Positions 13,579 through 27,818 of a stretch of 64,000 bases of DNA are shown here, one piece after another (the first letter of the stretch is position 1; each line of letters opens with the position of its first letter). Made by a program: the position numbers and the translations under genes. The notes below the pieces were generated by a model. That model worked only from the letters and a program-made list of their open reading frames with translations. It searched no databases and was not told where the DNA came from. This stretch comes from Tubulanus polymorphus (lineage: Eukaryota > Animalia > Nemertea), in assembly GCF_964204645.1 (NCBI RefSeq), contig NC_134033.1, positions 10,982,655-11,046,654 of the forward strand, given 5' to 3'.

Positions 13579-16500
13579 CATGGAGTCAACTCATTCTATC
13601 TCTATTTTACTGTCGTTGAACCTTCTGTGATTGTCTGCCTGCGTTACACGCAAAATGATCAAGACAAAAAAATGAAAGGAATGCCGGGCTAGTTTTAATG
13701 CATATACATATCCACCGTTTACAGGGATGCGAACCTGGTGAAAATCTGGGAATGCCACTTCTGCCATGACGTGAAAACCCCAGTGTCTAAAGGTCAGGGT
13801 CAGTTTCTAGCAGGTTGTTTGATATTCCAATTGTGTGACCATGCTATTTGAAAAATAGTTACCTGGCATAGCTGCTGTGCAACCAGATGCTTTTGCAAAA
13901 GCCTGCTAAGCTTTTCGAATATCAGTGAACTGTAAAGAGTTGCAGCAATTTTTTTTTAATGATACCATAGGACCCAGTTCCAGTGATTTGGGTTGATATG
14001 TGATAAATGAAAATTGGATCCAGTTTCACAATTGTGGGTTAGATTTTACCCTTGGGTCATAATCAGTTCATTTCCAATTCATTTATTTGAACCTCAGACT
14101 GTGGAACTGGCTCCCCATCGTGGTACAGCATTAGCAGTGTTTGTTAATATTTGCTGGCCTGGGTTCGCGTGTGGTGGCAGGGAGTCAGTCTCAGGGTTCA
14201 CATCCTTGCCAATGAAAGATGAAAGCGATATATATGTGTATATATATATGCCTTCCTGTTGGCTGTCTAACTGTCTGCTCTACTGCTATGATACACAAGG
14301 TCATAATCAAGGTCATTTGATCTGTTTCCTGCTTTTTATTCACTGCAGAATTGAATAAATCGAATCTTAATTTTGCCTTTTATTTTTAATCACCAATCAT
14401 CGAATTTATCCAGACTCAAGACAACTTCTTGCATGATCAATACATATATGCATAGGGTAGTTGTGTATACTTTGTTGCTATGTTTGAGAAATGAAATTTG
14501 ACTTCTAGTTCGGTTAAGCACTCAGCTTTTAAACAATTTTTTATCGCATTGAGTTTGTTAGAAATAAGAACGACTGTAAAAATGTGTAAATGAATTATAT
14601 CGGTATTTTTGAAGACATTTAGGACTGGTAATCGTACATGTACACCTAGAAAGACAAGTTACTCGATGATTTGTCTTGAACAAGTCCCACTATTGGATTT
14701 TGGGAAATGAAATGTATCTTAAGCACAAGTTTGAATAGTTGGCTTCGTGCTTGATTCTTTATCAACCGCCAATGTAATTTTTTGAGAAAATGCTTCTTCT
14801 AAAATTGAAGCGAATTCATTTATTTGGTTATCGTATTACTTACTAAAATGGTGGCATCGATGTGGATAGCACTATTGTAAATTCGAAAAATAACCTTATG
14901 GAGGTTAAAGTCTGATGCTTTATGTCCAACAGACTTTTATTGTTCAATTTGATTGCTTGTATCAGGTGGTAATATTTGAAGTAAGTACCATCATCAGGTA
15001 GTTAAAACAACCAAATGATCTTCATGACATCGTTGAACATTTCAAGGTCTAAAATCTAATGGTTGGCTTTTTTTATGAGAAGATAAATAAGTTGGAAATT
15101 TAGAAGCATCTCATTCAGCCCCCGTGGAAGATGACAGTGAGTTCAGAGCAGTCCGTGCTAAGCATTGTCGCGTTCAAAAACAGGTCATGATGGATCAGAA
15201 GACACTTCGAGGTTCTGTGTTTATTCGACTATGAAGTCATTGACTTAGTAAAAGAAGAAACATTTTAACTAGAATCGTAGTGTCACCGAACATAAGCAGA
15301 CTTGTTGTGGCAAAGCCCAATGTGATATAGACATTGGAAATGCATGGTCATGTTCAAAAGAAATGTTCTACACATACAAGCACTCTGATATCAAGCTTTT
15401 GAATATGATGTGCTTGGAATACCAGATGCATTTTTGATATGTGTAATGAGTTTAAGGGGCACTTTATTTTATTTTCTTTCTCAATGCCAATAAGTTTTAG
15501 TTTTGATACGTTCTTGTATTAAGTAGTGGTATGTCTGTTTTTGAAATGCAGGAAAATCTTTTTACCGCTTACTCTTCTAGGAGCAGCCTATCTATACACA
15601 GCCACAAATGTAGCGATTTTAACGTTTTTGAACATCAGTCGAGCGCACTTTTAGGTTACATCTTTCACTTGCAGCTAGCTATCCAATAGAAAAACTTCAT
15701 GGTCCCGTTCTGGTGGTAAAAGCCACTGTTTAAAATGATTTTCTTCCACTTGGCCACTTTGTCAACCGAAAGATTCCATTGGAGCTTCTGAGCAGCTTTT
15801 TAGGGAACGAAACTACGCTGGTGACTCGCTTAAGTTTTCTGCTTTGCCTTGGCTTTGTCTTTGTGTATGTCGATATTAACCTGACTAATAAATATCATTA
15901 TAATTATCAACAATATTGTTACTGTTATGAATAATGAGCTTTTAGTTGATAAGGCATACATTATTGGCCGCTCGCTGCAGCTATAGTTGCATAAGCTATG
16001 CATTGTTTGATGAATCATAATGCTTCAGTGATTAACATATTAAATGGACTTATTACGTATTAACATAACACCTGCTATTCGCTGCTGCTGCTGCTGCTGT
16101 AGATTTTGTAGTGCTTCATCTTGCACAACACTCGCGTCATTTTGTGCCGGACGATTTGAAATACCCGAACATCGATGTCAATTCCCATTTTGGAAGCTAC
16201 TCGTCTTTAGTTTTTTCTAAGCCATTATCATTGGCGTTGGCAGTCGCAACTGTCTTCTTGTCCCTGACAGCAAAGAGCATGTGTGTATATATTTGTATCA
16301 TGAAGTTTTTAACTTTCAGTTTTTGTAAAAGAGACTTGGCACGTGAATGGATGAAGTTCTTTCATGAACCTCTTTACTCTGGTTTTTTTTTTCTTAATGA
16401 CATGTGAAACTTTTAACGGCCATAAATATGTATACATATATATATATTCAATAAATGGAGCATGCGTCTATATGCGTTTCTATAGTTACTATGCTTATTT

Positions 16501-18922
16501 GATTATTATTCATGCCATTGTCATTACCATTACAATTTTACATGTCCTAACCAATCAGCTTCTTGAGTCGTATATAAATATTAAACTAGCTTATTTTTGG
16601 GCACCGGCCTCAGTTTTTTTAATAAAATAGTTCCGACGTGTGTTTTCCTTGCATGTGGATTGTTGAACTGGTGAATGTAACAAACAATGATGAACTCATT
16701 GCCGATGTCAACCCCTCGTAACATCACTCCAACTAGTTCTGGTTAAAGCACATACAATGTATTTGCTGATAAAGAACAAATGTAGGCGATTTTGTTTTTG
16801 AAGCTGATCTGGTGAAAGAGATTTTAAAAGTTACCAATTACCAAATGCACCGTCCTTCCCAGTTAGGTCACGCTATTAGCATTACCGTTTCCATGTCCCT
16901 CCTTACAAGTTACAATTTTTAGTGTGGCCATTCGAAAATTACTTTAGCAACTAAGACAACCTTGAGTATTATAATTTTCTCTCATCATAAGAAATGGATG
17001 AAACATTCAAACCAAACTCTACAACCATCATAGGTTTACCATCATTACTGGCTTCATTTTTAATGTAGTTCTCGAATGCAACTTCCCTATCTTCAGTCAC
17101 TATACACTACTACCTTTGCCACCTCAATCCTGCCTCTTAACAACTTTCCAAACGTTTACTACGTATCTTACCTCTGCCTCTTACAGCCTCTAGGACTTCA
17201 TAATAGCCCTCGCAAATGCGCTCACCGATAATTCAAGTCGATGTTTCATCATTTGTGTTATAATCTGTAAACTGCTATGACGGCCCTTCTCTCGTTTATG
17301 AAATAACTGTCAAACTTTGCAGCATGAATATCATTGAAAAAATTTGAATCATTATTTCTATTGTTATTATCATGATTATTATAATTATTATTATTATCAT
17401 TAGTCGTATAGCCAGGCGCTGGTATCAGTAATCGTATATACCTCACTACCACTTCTATTTCCTTTCTTACAGCAACGTTTCTAAAATATCTTCCTAATTA
17501 CCAAATTAATAGATATCATTCGTTGCTTTGTCGAGGGCCTAGTTTTCTGCATTTTCAACCGATATTTCATTCACAAAATCATTTTTTCAAAAATTTTGGC
17601 ATCTAATTTTTAACTTACAATTTGTGGAAGTCTTTTCAACTGTTTGTATCTCGGTGCACGAATAATTGGTTGAATTTGTTTTTAAAGATGGCTGCTATGG
17701 CAACTCGCACATTCGTCTAGTCTAGTCCACGATCGTTCGATTTGGACGCAGCGCCATTTTCACGTTTGAAACCATTAAAACAGCAATAGATTTTACTTTT
17801 TCAAATATCGAAGAAGATTTATTCAACTGCTTGAATGGGTTAATTTTCATTCGGCAAATTTTTTAGAGTGTGAGACAAGTTCAAATTCATCTCATTGTCT
17901 ATAGTAGTTGTACTGTGCCTGTTATGCTCATCAAAATCTGTCTGCCTAAATTTTTAAAAAACCCATTGAACAATACGACTAAATCAATTTTTCATCGAGA
18001 ACTATTCGCTTATCTTGCATTGTGTATTACCACCATTATAATTATGATTATTATTATCATTATTGTTATTATTATTATTGATATTCGATTTTAGTGTTTG
18101 TAGTCTATATATATGATGGCTTTCCATGTGACGCTATTGCATTCTAGATATACGTTTGTGTAGGCATATTCTTGAACCCTGTCAGCGATAACATTACCTA
18201 CTATTTTTCTTCCGGCAAGAAATCCACCAATTTTTCTATTAAGAAAAAAAATCTCAGCCGTCATTCATAATTTCTCGCCTAATTTCCAAATTTATAATTT
18301 GTAATTTGTAACTCAAAATTTTATCGAAATTTACTCCATATTGAAATTACATTCTACCACATTCTTTTGGTTTTTTACTTCAAAATCTGATTTGGAATTT
18401 ATAACCGACCTCATGGCATAGATAGATAAGCAGAATAAACGACAGTACTGCTATCAACACTGAAGATGGGTCTCTTTCTGAGATAGAACTTTTGCCGAAT
18501 GGACATATATATATGTATATATATTGCCCTGTCTACACTAGAGAGTGAATATGGATTTAGAGTATTTTATACTAATGAAACTGAGGACTCGATCAATCCA
18601 CATTCATTTAATCCACAAGACCACCTAGTCTCAATCAGTCCTAGAGTAAATAGGAACATCTTGCTTGCCCATATATGTTAATGTATGTACTGGTGCATTG
18701 CAGAGGCGTCTCGTGTAGACATAAATTCATTCTGAATTTCGTTTGAATGAATTATGCTTGAAAAATCTTCCAAAATCTCTAGTATAGATATGCGGCATTT
18801 GTATCTCGATGCGATATGAAAACTACCGTAATTTCACCCTCTATTTTCTGTTTAACAAACAAACGAACGATCAAAATAGAAATAAAATATCTACTGACTG
18901 GAAACCAAAATTATGCATGTAG

Positions 18923-19067
18923 ATCTGTTACAACTACTTATTAATATTGGTGCTTTTCTTTTTATTTTTTATTTCCCACGATGCATTGCTGCTTGCTGTT
19001 GTCATGTGCCGCCAACCCTGCCATGCTATTGGCCAATTGCGATCATGTGCTCTGCATAACTAATTAG
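18923..19067 (+). promoter_or_regulatory. AG-exclusion zone / distant branch point with ~9 YGCY (MBNL) motifs upstream of the NLS exon
   Basis: No AG between 18923 and 19065; TTAAT at 18941-18945 followed by a pyrimidine tract, then TGCT/TGCC/CGCC cluster. Confidence 0.8.
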
Positions 19068-19133
19068 CAGCCAGTGGTAGAGGTGTTGAAGGGCAAGAAG
19101 CGTACACTCGATCCTGCCGATGAAATCGTCCTG
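19068..19133 (+). CDS. mbl: Muscleblind NLS cassette exon QPVVEVLKGKKRTLDPADEIVL (counterpart of the vertebrate MBNL1 54-nt exon 5)
   Basis: taattag|CAG (NAGNAG alternative start 19071) and CTG|gtactat; 66/63 nt, phase 0-0; KKR basic motif between ZnF4 and the KRPA exon; 143-nt AG-free YGCY-rich zone upstream. Confidence 0.85.
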
Positions 19134-22100
19134 GTACTATTATATTCAAAAAACTATTCCCTTTGATAAAGGGGGAACTCATCGACTCCTGCACATTTCG
19201 ACCATTTTGCGCACATATTGTTCGTATACACGGGTGATCGGGTCGCTTTTAGAGTGTTTACTATCATCATTATCAGTATTATTTTCCCCCAAAAACTCCG
19301 TCATATCCTCGATGTGTCAACCTTCGCTTTCCTGCGCAGTGCAGAATACAGTTATAGATGCTTAATATTCTTTATGAAGAGATCTGAAATAGCATGAATG
19401 ATCTTCGTTCGGGCAATATGTGTCTGTTGATATAACCGCGAAACGAATTCGTTAAAAATGTCATTAGCGAATGGTTGATTTTTTCTCAATTTTTAGCGCC
19501 AGGACCCGACATCGAACAATTTGTCTTTTGCATGGGACACTACTTACGAACAATTGGCCAAACTGGAACAAAATGCACAGAAGTTTTTGAGTGCCTCTTT
19601 TTTGCTTCGAAAAGGACTCTGACGGGACACCCGGTGGGCGCCTATTCTAACAGAAATACTGAAATATGTATACCTCCGCGGTAACAGCAACCGGGCGTCT
19701 CCCATCAGTGTTCTTGCTTTTATATGCATGTTGCAAATTAGTAGATCGGACTCGCTTTTTAGGTAATTTTCGCACACAAGTCACATGACAAGCCTACTCT
19801 GTGCTTTGTACATTGGTTGATTTTTTCCCTCTTACATATATACGTATACATACATTGAAAAACTATTGTTGCTATGCAAAGCCAAGCATAACTATGTACT
19901 CTTTGTATCACACATGCGCGAATCATTGTTTTACATCTAATATATTTATATCATTATTATTATTATTTTGTGCTTGTAATTTTCCTTAGCACATATTGTC
20001 GATCTCCTTATATTGTCCGCTCTGTTGTCATGACAACACCACCGGTATTGCAGCTTGGCACGTGTCATTCTGGAAAAGAAGATAATCGAACAAAATGAAG
20101 AAAAATATGAAAAATCAGAAATGCCATTGCTCCTTTTGGTGTTTAAATTGATTATTTTCAGAAAATTTGAAATTCGAAACTACATCTCTCCCCAAAGTTA
20201 GTTAAAGTTAGATTATTATAGAAAATCTAAATTTGAAATTTCTTTTTGGAATTATGAACATTATCTTTATCATTATTCTTATTATTATTATTGTCATCAT
20301 TAATCCTGATTTTTTAGGTGAAATTTGAGATGAAATATTTGGATATGATGATTTTCAATGTCTTTCAATCTTCTATCCATTTCTGGTAATTCAAATGATA
20401 CCTGAGCATCCCCTTACTGGCATAATATTACAAATGTATACAAGATGAGAATGTTTGTCATGTGATTTATACCGAGTTGTTTTAAACAAAATGGTGGATT
20501 TGAGGAAAATGGTCAAAAGCATGATTTTATGGGCTTTCTATGTTTAGAACTTATTCGAAACTCCTCTTCGAAAAAAATTAACCTTCACGGTCTCTAAATG
20601 AGCTTGAAAAGTTCATTGTTTAAGGCGAAATGAAAATCGAGTCTTATCTATTTTACAAACATGTAAATATTCATCCTTGCTTTGCGTGGATTTGTCCCTG
20701 ATGGTCATCAATGCTGCTCTCTGTACCACAGTATCAAACACTGTAGACTCATCTAAGCAGGTCGGTATCACTTGAGAAAAATGTGTGGACACTATTATTG
20801 AGTTCGAACAGTTTATCATTGCCATTACAAACCATCTTGTTCTTGTGCTCCTTTGGCAGCTTTGCCACCATGAGATGTCTCATGTGTCCTGTTGTGTAAT
20901 CATTGACTCTGTGAGGATATCTCGTTCTACCAGTTCCACATCCTTGCCACTAGAAAATAACTCTTGACTTGTCACTCTGACCTCATGAGTTCATCAATAT
21001 CGTGCTCCGATGCTCGATTACCAACTACCAAGATAATTTAGAGTAGCAAATTGAAGAATGATCATGGCAGTGAACTGAATAAATTTGAAATATATTCAAA
21101 ACTTATTAATAATACAAGACATAACTCCACACATTTTCTGAAATTGATAACCCCAATTAAAAGCCATGTCTATTACTGGGCAGTATTTTACATTGTGTCT
21201 GAGAGTACCGCCTATTCATGTGGTCTAGTTCAAATCCGCTCAAAGTGAGGATACAGTTTATTCATATCTTATACCGCGTTATCAAACATTACTGTTACTA
21301 TATGGTTGTAATTGTATATATGTATTTTCTGGGTCAATTTTCTACATCAAAGAAGAAAATGATAATATTCACAACCAAATAAAATCAACGTGAAGTTTTT
21401 GCTTTTCTGAACGTGAAATGATGAATGTATATATGTTTTGAAAAAGGTACCGCTTACGAATTTATGCAAAATGCGAAAATAATTTGCTCAAATCTCATGG
21501 AATACGACGAAAACTTAGAATTTCTTCTTTTTTTTTTTTTTAATGCACTTTCTAACCTGAGAATCTACTTGCAATTAAAAGTTGAATTCTGGCATCTTGT
21601 TGGCTTCAATTCTATGACAGATCTGATGATCCTAATCTTGAATGTGCATCGAACCTGGACAAAATGTTTAGATTTGCTTTCTCTACTTTATCGCACTGTA
21701 TATGTAAATATATATATATACATATGAATATATATATATCGATATATTGATAAATATATTTATATATATTTATGTATATGTATATTGATATATATTTTTG
21801 AAAAGTTAATGAGTCTAATAATTTGCATGTTCATGGATATTATTGTTATAATTATAATTACTACTATTAATTATCGATCAGAGCACTTTAATTAGATTAT
21901 TATCATTATTATTATTATTATCATTATTAATAATGCTTTCATTGTTGTGTAGATGCTTCAAAAAAAAATTAAACAAATTTTTTCTAAATATTTTGGAATT
22001 GTGCGACCTAACTTAAATTCTGAAAGTGCCCCATCGCAGCCCAGCAAGACAACATATTAATAGGATTTAGGGGAAATTTTGTAAATTGCTTTTCCCTCTC

Positions 22101-22789
22101 ATGGCGGCAATTTGGATCGTGACAAAAATGGAGATAAAATTCTGTCCGTTAGAAAATGTCCAATTAACTTTAGAATCATCACGATATTAATTCAGCCGAT
22201 ATGAATAATGATATTCCTGTTAAGATTATTATCGTAATGATAAAAACGAAATATTCTTTCTCGTGAACGACTATAATGTAATCTATTCTGGTGTATGTCG
22301 AGAATTCATGAATGTTCATATTTTTAATCTGCAAAATTCTAGTAGTCAGTAGAAATTTGGGTCGCCCGCTGAAAGAATGGAACTACAAATTTTATAAGCC
22401 GATGTGCCAATTATTTTTGTCAACAATACGAAAGATGGGTAGATTTTTTGTTTTTTTTTTTTGTATGTCGAGTGTTGATAATTCTACTAAATCAACTGGT
22501 TTTGAGCTAAAAATCAAATGGAATCTGTACATAGCTTTCCAGTGTTTCAAAGCATTTTTGATTTGTCGAAACATTTCTGAACTTGATAAAGAATTTGTCC
22601 TTTGTTGAGACAACACAAAGCTTTATCAAATATGACATTTACAAGGTATTCAAAAACTGATCAAACGTGATGATTTTGTCTTGAAATTGTGCTGCTGACT
22701 GTAAAATACATTCTCTATGTAGTCTGTGTGGACGGTGGTTCAGTTTCATTTTGAACTACTCATGCCAAGGCAGACCAGGCCTTTAAACT

Positions 22790-22970
22790 GGTCGGGTGGT
22801 TTGGGGAGAATAAACCAGTCAGGGCTGCAGAGTCGGGTGGTTTGGGGAGAATAAACCAGTCAGGGCCACAGAGTCGGGTGGTTTGGGGAGAATAAACCAG
22901 TCAGGGCCGCAGAGTCGGGTGGTTTGGGGAGAATAAACCAGTCAGGGCCGTGGAGTTGGGTGGTTTGAGA
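22790..22970. repeat. 41-bp minisatellite (agtcgggtggtttggggagaataaaccagtcagggc..), ~4.4 copies
   Basis: Period 41 measured from 22831 to 22872. Confidence 0.9.
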
Positions 22971-23112
22971 GATGATTTGGTATTCAGATAAGTCATAAAG
23001 GGTAATGATGTTAACCTCATTGACTAATGTACCGACTAAGTGAACAGACAGTGACATTTCTCAAATATCCTGTGAACTGATCTGGCAAATAATCAGAAAA
23101 CCCTCGCATAAA

Positions 23113-23254
23113 GATGGCTACCTCTTACATCCTCCTATGACATCATCAGATTGCCATCTAGCAGATAGGTCGTTTTGGATTTGTTTTCTTGGAGAATCTC
23201 GATCAAATCGCTAAGGCAGATTATGATGTCATGGGGGATTTTAGGATAGCCATC
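23113..23254. mobile_element. Foldback/MITE-like inverted repeat (gatggcta..atgacatcat / atgatgtcat..tagccatc)
   Basis: ~45-bp imperfect arms. Confidence 0.55.
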
Positions 23255-24074
23255 ATGACTTGTTCAATTCAATGACTAGTTCAATTTAAAATAATTAATC
23301 TGAATTTGTTTGTGAAGCTTCACGGCTGATCAATCCAGGGGAACTTTTATCTAATAAGCAAAAATATTTAGAAAGCCACATTTAAGTGATGTCTAAATTT
23401 TTGGGTTTAAAACAACTATTTTCCCCCACCCCTATCTTAAACATGGGTATAGACAACTGGAAGTATCATTTATATCCTCTGCAGCTTCTCTAGTTCTATA
23501 AGGTCGACTTGTCTCCGTTAAGCCTGTTGTGACAAGCGTCTGCACCTTTATTCAAGGTCATCTACTCAATTAGTATGCATGACGACTGCTCGGTCACTGA
23601 CTGGATTTCGACATAAAACTTGGCTAAAGTGCTACTCTAGAATTTCTTGTTTATGGCCACACGACACTTCAACGATCGGAATATATGAATAAATCGCAGA
23701 GGCTGCACGCTCCTTTCCACGGCCAGGCAGACATAATTCAAGACAAGATGTGTCATTGATATCAACTTCACCTTGATCGCAATGTTTTGTGAATGTACCT
23801 TTTTGGTAATTTTATCATTTTTGAATAGTAACTCAACTCAGCCCATCCACTTGCTGTTGATTCTTCAATAGACCTAGTGATGATCAGTTGAATACAATAT
23901 TCAACTCTGAGCAACATGAAGAGGGAAATTTTCAACAATAGAATTAGATTGAACATTTTCAATTGATGCAATCGTTACCAAATCATGTAGTTAAAATGCC
24001 AATACCTTTCGACCAATTTTTACTAATCAGAGTTTCCAGATGTAGCTTGCCACACAGTTGGCTGAATTGCTACC

Positions 24075-24137
<63 letters not shown>

Positions 24138-24600
24138 CTTAAAAACTGTTCGAATTTTGATAAAGATTTGATTGAAAATGAATTGGTGCGGCGGCTACTT
24201 TCATAATTGGCTTCATAGAAATATCAATTCAAAATACATCTTTGTATAAAGCTGAAACCAGTTCTACGTATTGTTAATTGTTTTTCATAGATTTTTAACT
24301 GCAAATGTTATGTATACATAAAAGTATATATATATATTTATAAGTTTTTCATGAATTCTTGACAAGTTTTATTCTGTACTTAGAATAGGAAAATATTTTT
24401 TCGAAATGTTGAGATTTTTTTCTGTATTTTCGATGGCCACACTGAAAAAAAAACAATGCGCAAACTTCTAGAAATGAAAACCTAATTTGATGTTTATGCG
24501 ATGTGATCATCGATCTGTGTGATCATCGATCTGTGTGATCATCAATCTGTGTGGTCATCGACGTAGAAAAAAAGTTGAATGACGAAGTGAAGTTTAAAGA

Positions 24601-24816
24601 ATACTGTAAAATCCTACAATATTGATAAAGGAAATCAGTTCGAGAGTTTGGTTTGAGTATAGTTTATTTTAATGTTTCGACTTTATCCTAATAGTCATAT
24701 TTAATAATAGTAAAGTGACTCCATTTAGAATATAGTTGAAACATTAAGATCGATTTTATTCAAGCAAAAACTTCCGATCTCATTTATGTTATCGGTATTG
24801 TAGGATTTAACTGTAC
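24601..24816. mobile_element. Foldback MITE, Tc1/mariner-like (aaatcctacaata...tattgtaggattt)
   Basis: Long imperfect inverted arms. Confidence 0.6.
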
Positions 24817-25665
24817 TATTCAACACGGATAGAAAAAAAGTTAAGATTAAAGTTGGAGCTCCAAACATCAATATCTGTTGTCATTGAATGAAAGAAAATC
24901 AACGGTAAAGAAGCAACAGTTTGAACTCAATTGACTTATATAGTTGAAACCAGTTGCTGGAATCGGGTCCTAGGCCTTCTGAAAAAAAGAAATAGATATT
25001 CTGAACAAATTTTCGATGATTTGCTTTCATCCAAAACGTTAAGTTATTTTGTGATGTTGTAACAGTTTTGTATGTGTCTTAAACATCAAAAGGCCGAGAC
25101 AAAAAGAAAAATTGTTTTTCAATCTGTCCACGTTCCTAAGTTGTGGTTCATCATTTGATCTTCTATTAAAAATTAGTTCAATTAACCTATGACTCTAGAG
25201 ACTTTCAGTTACAGTCTCTTTAATTAAAATTAGATTTACATGTTTTATTTACTAATGAGTCAGTCTGAAAAAAATGAATGGCACTGGAGTGAAATCTCAA
25301 TTTGTTCAGACATTGAACTCATTTGAATGACATTACCTCCATTTTGGACCCATTCCAGGCTTGCAGTTCAAATACCTTTAACTTAAGAATATTGAATAAT
25401 GAACTCATTTTGACAGAAGAGTTGATGTTCAACTCACAACTATGGTACTGACTCAAGCGAGGACCCAGTTCTCAGATGGGGGTTGAAATTTGACTCTAAA
25501 ATTAAGACGATTATAAATCAAATGATTTCATGAGTCGAATTTCGACATGGAATTTTGAAACTGACTGTAAATTTGCAACTCAAAACTATCATCACATATC
25601 AAATACTATATAAATTCAAACGAACTCGAACCGTGAAATAATTGTGTGTATTTTTCTGATATTAG

Positions 25666-25831
25666 GGAATGACTGGAATGCCAGGAATGGTACCGATGAT
25701 GAAACGGCCAGCAGTAGCGGATGCAAAGAGTGGTCTACCAGTTTACCAACCGGCGTCTAACGTCGCCGCCTATCAACAAGCGTTAGCCGTTGCGCAATTG
25801 CAACAAGGGCAAGGATATGTACCGGTCTCGT
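25666..25831 (+). CDS. mbl: Muscleblind exon GMTGMPGMVPMMKRPAVADAKSGLPVYQP...GYVPVS (ends phase 1)
   Basis: attag|GGA and T|gtaagt; 166 nt; KRPA motif and YQQALA motif typical of MBNL C-terminal region. Confidence 0.92.
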
Positions 25832-26833
25832 GTAAGTAGTGTGAAAGTATTGTGGGAATCAATAACGAGGGAGGCGGGTTTAATTCGACTTAAAATCAGG
25901 CTTCAAAGTTGTAGGTTTATTGCGATTCCTGCTCCAAACCAAATTTTTCTTTCTCCATCTGGTTTGCGGGATGCCCTTTTTTGTTTCAAAGATGAAAATC
26001 ATTTGCTGCACTTATTGACTGTTTGATGTTTACTTGTAAGGAGTGGAAACATTGTTTCAGTGTTTATAAGTTCTGTTCTTCAAAGACTGGCAGTTATTAT
26101 TAGCTCACAAAAATCTATCGTGGTTTTTGTAGATGCATTTATACAGAGCTACGAGTTTTTACTTATGTCATCTAAGACAAGTCTATCTATATAATCATCG
26201 GTATCATTTAATTCGTTATAATTCATGCACTTTTGAAGTCACGCTAAGAGCCTTTGAAAGTCTTTGAAAGTTGCAACATGAACTAAGAAGATAAAGGCAA
26301 TAGATCGGTTTTTACGTTAGTCTGAAATAAGGTTATATGTACCCTTCTAGTACGCGACATCGAATACACCACATTCCTATCTACCGTGGTCTATTCAGAT
26401 ACTATTCTTAGGTAAATTGATTATGAAATATCGCTCGGAGAGTTTTAATAGTCTTTGATGCTACAAACATTGATAAGTTCATTTTCTGCGCGGCACATTG
26501 TAAAAAATTTGGTGTAGTTAACGTTTATCACATTAGCAGAACTTTTCTCTCTGCAATGCTACACGTTTGATTACATTCTCTTCCGCTGTCGCAAAATAAC
26601 ACTGGCGACATTTGTTTAATTCATCAACTTTTCCACATTCTTAATGAATAGAATAAATATAGGTAGGTGATATAGGTGTTTATGTAGAGATGTTGTCGAT
26701 TTTAGAATTACGTGAAACGTATTGATATTTCATCTGGTTATTAGTATTTCATCTGGCCCTAGAAATTCCAAGAACTAATTGATATGTCTCATGAAAGTCT
26801 AGATGATAGGATCTAAGTTGATCACTAAAAATG

Positions 26834-27118
26834 CTAGCCCATGGTGATGCAGGGCTAGCCTATGGCAGATACGTTATTCAGCTAGCCCATGGTGATGCGG
26901 GGCTAGCCTATGGCAGATTCATTACTCAGTTAGCCCTTAGTGATGCAGAGCTAGCCCATGGTGATGCAGAGCTAGTCTATGGCAGATACGTTACTCAGCT
27001 AGCCCATCATGGTGCAGAGCTAGCCCATCGTGATGCAGAGCTAGCCCATCGTATGCAGAGCTAGCCTCTGTTGATGTAGAGCTAACCCATTGCGATACAG
27101 AGCTAGCCCATGGTGATG
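26834..27118. repeat. 21-bp-based minisatellite (gctagcccatggtgatgcaga)
   Basis: About 12 degenerate units; gives the spurious LAHGDAE ORF. Confidence 0.9.
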
Positions 27119-27534
27119 AGTGGTTCGATTTCATGGTTCTCTAGAGTTATAAGTTTGTCGACTTCGGTGATAAGTTAATGGTCGGATAACGAGACATCAG
27201 TCAGCCAATTATAGCCGTAAATGATGCTCAAGTGAGAACACCTCGGCGAGTAATTGGTCATTTTGTTTCGACAATCAGGCAGTTTTTGGTAGTTTTTCAC
27301 CCGTTCAATATGCGAGATTGCCGCGCTTAAAAAAGTACGAAGCGTGACTGACATAACTCGTTTGTAAAAGATGAACATGGTTAGCAGTAGGTAATTTCGA
27401 ATCTAGGGGTTGGACATTAGTATGTGGTTTGGGAAATAGAAACAGAGATTTTAGAATTCATACACTGACTACTATTTTTATATTGCTATCAGTAGTTAAC
27501 CTTCGATGGGAGCTGCCATATTGCAAACTCTTAA

Positions 27535-27818
27535 CCCTTTCAGTGCGTCTACACCGCAGTGCGGTGTTTGAATCAGTGATGGATTTTGCTTGTACACCGC
27601 ACTGCGGTGTATTGATTTATTTAGTTATTACTAATTATCTCTCTTGAAATATGGCAGCGCCTGTCAAACATAGTGAAATATTAGTAACTAACGATACACC
27701 ACGCCACGGTGTAGACGCACTATAGTGCTATTCTTGTTGTTCAACACACTAGGGTGGAATTTTTCAGAATTTTCAAATCATCAGCCTATAGGGTATTAAT
27801 TAGCCAGCACTGAAAGGG
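27535..27818. mobile_element. piggyBac-type MITE (284 bp)
   Basis: TTAA|CCCTTTCAGTGC ... GCACTGAAAGGG|TTAG; 12-bp TIR; internal palindromes tacaccgca(g/c)tgcggtgt. Confidence 0.75.

Noticed and set aside
26831-27064. Repetitive ORF LAHGDAE
   Set aside because: 21-bp minisatellite with no supporting splice sites
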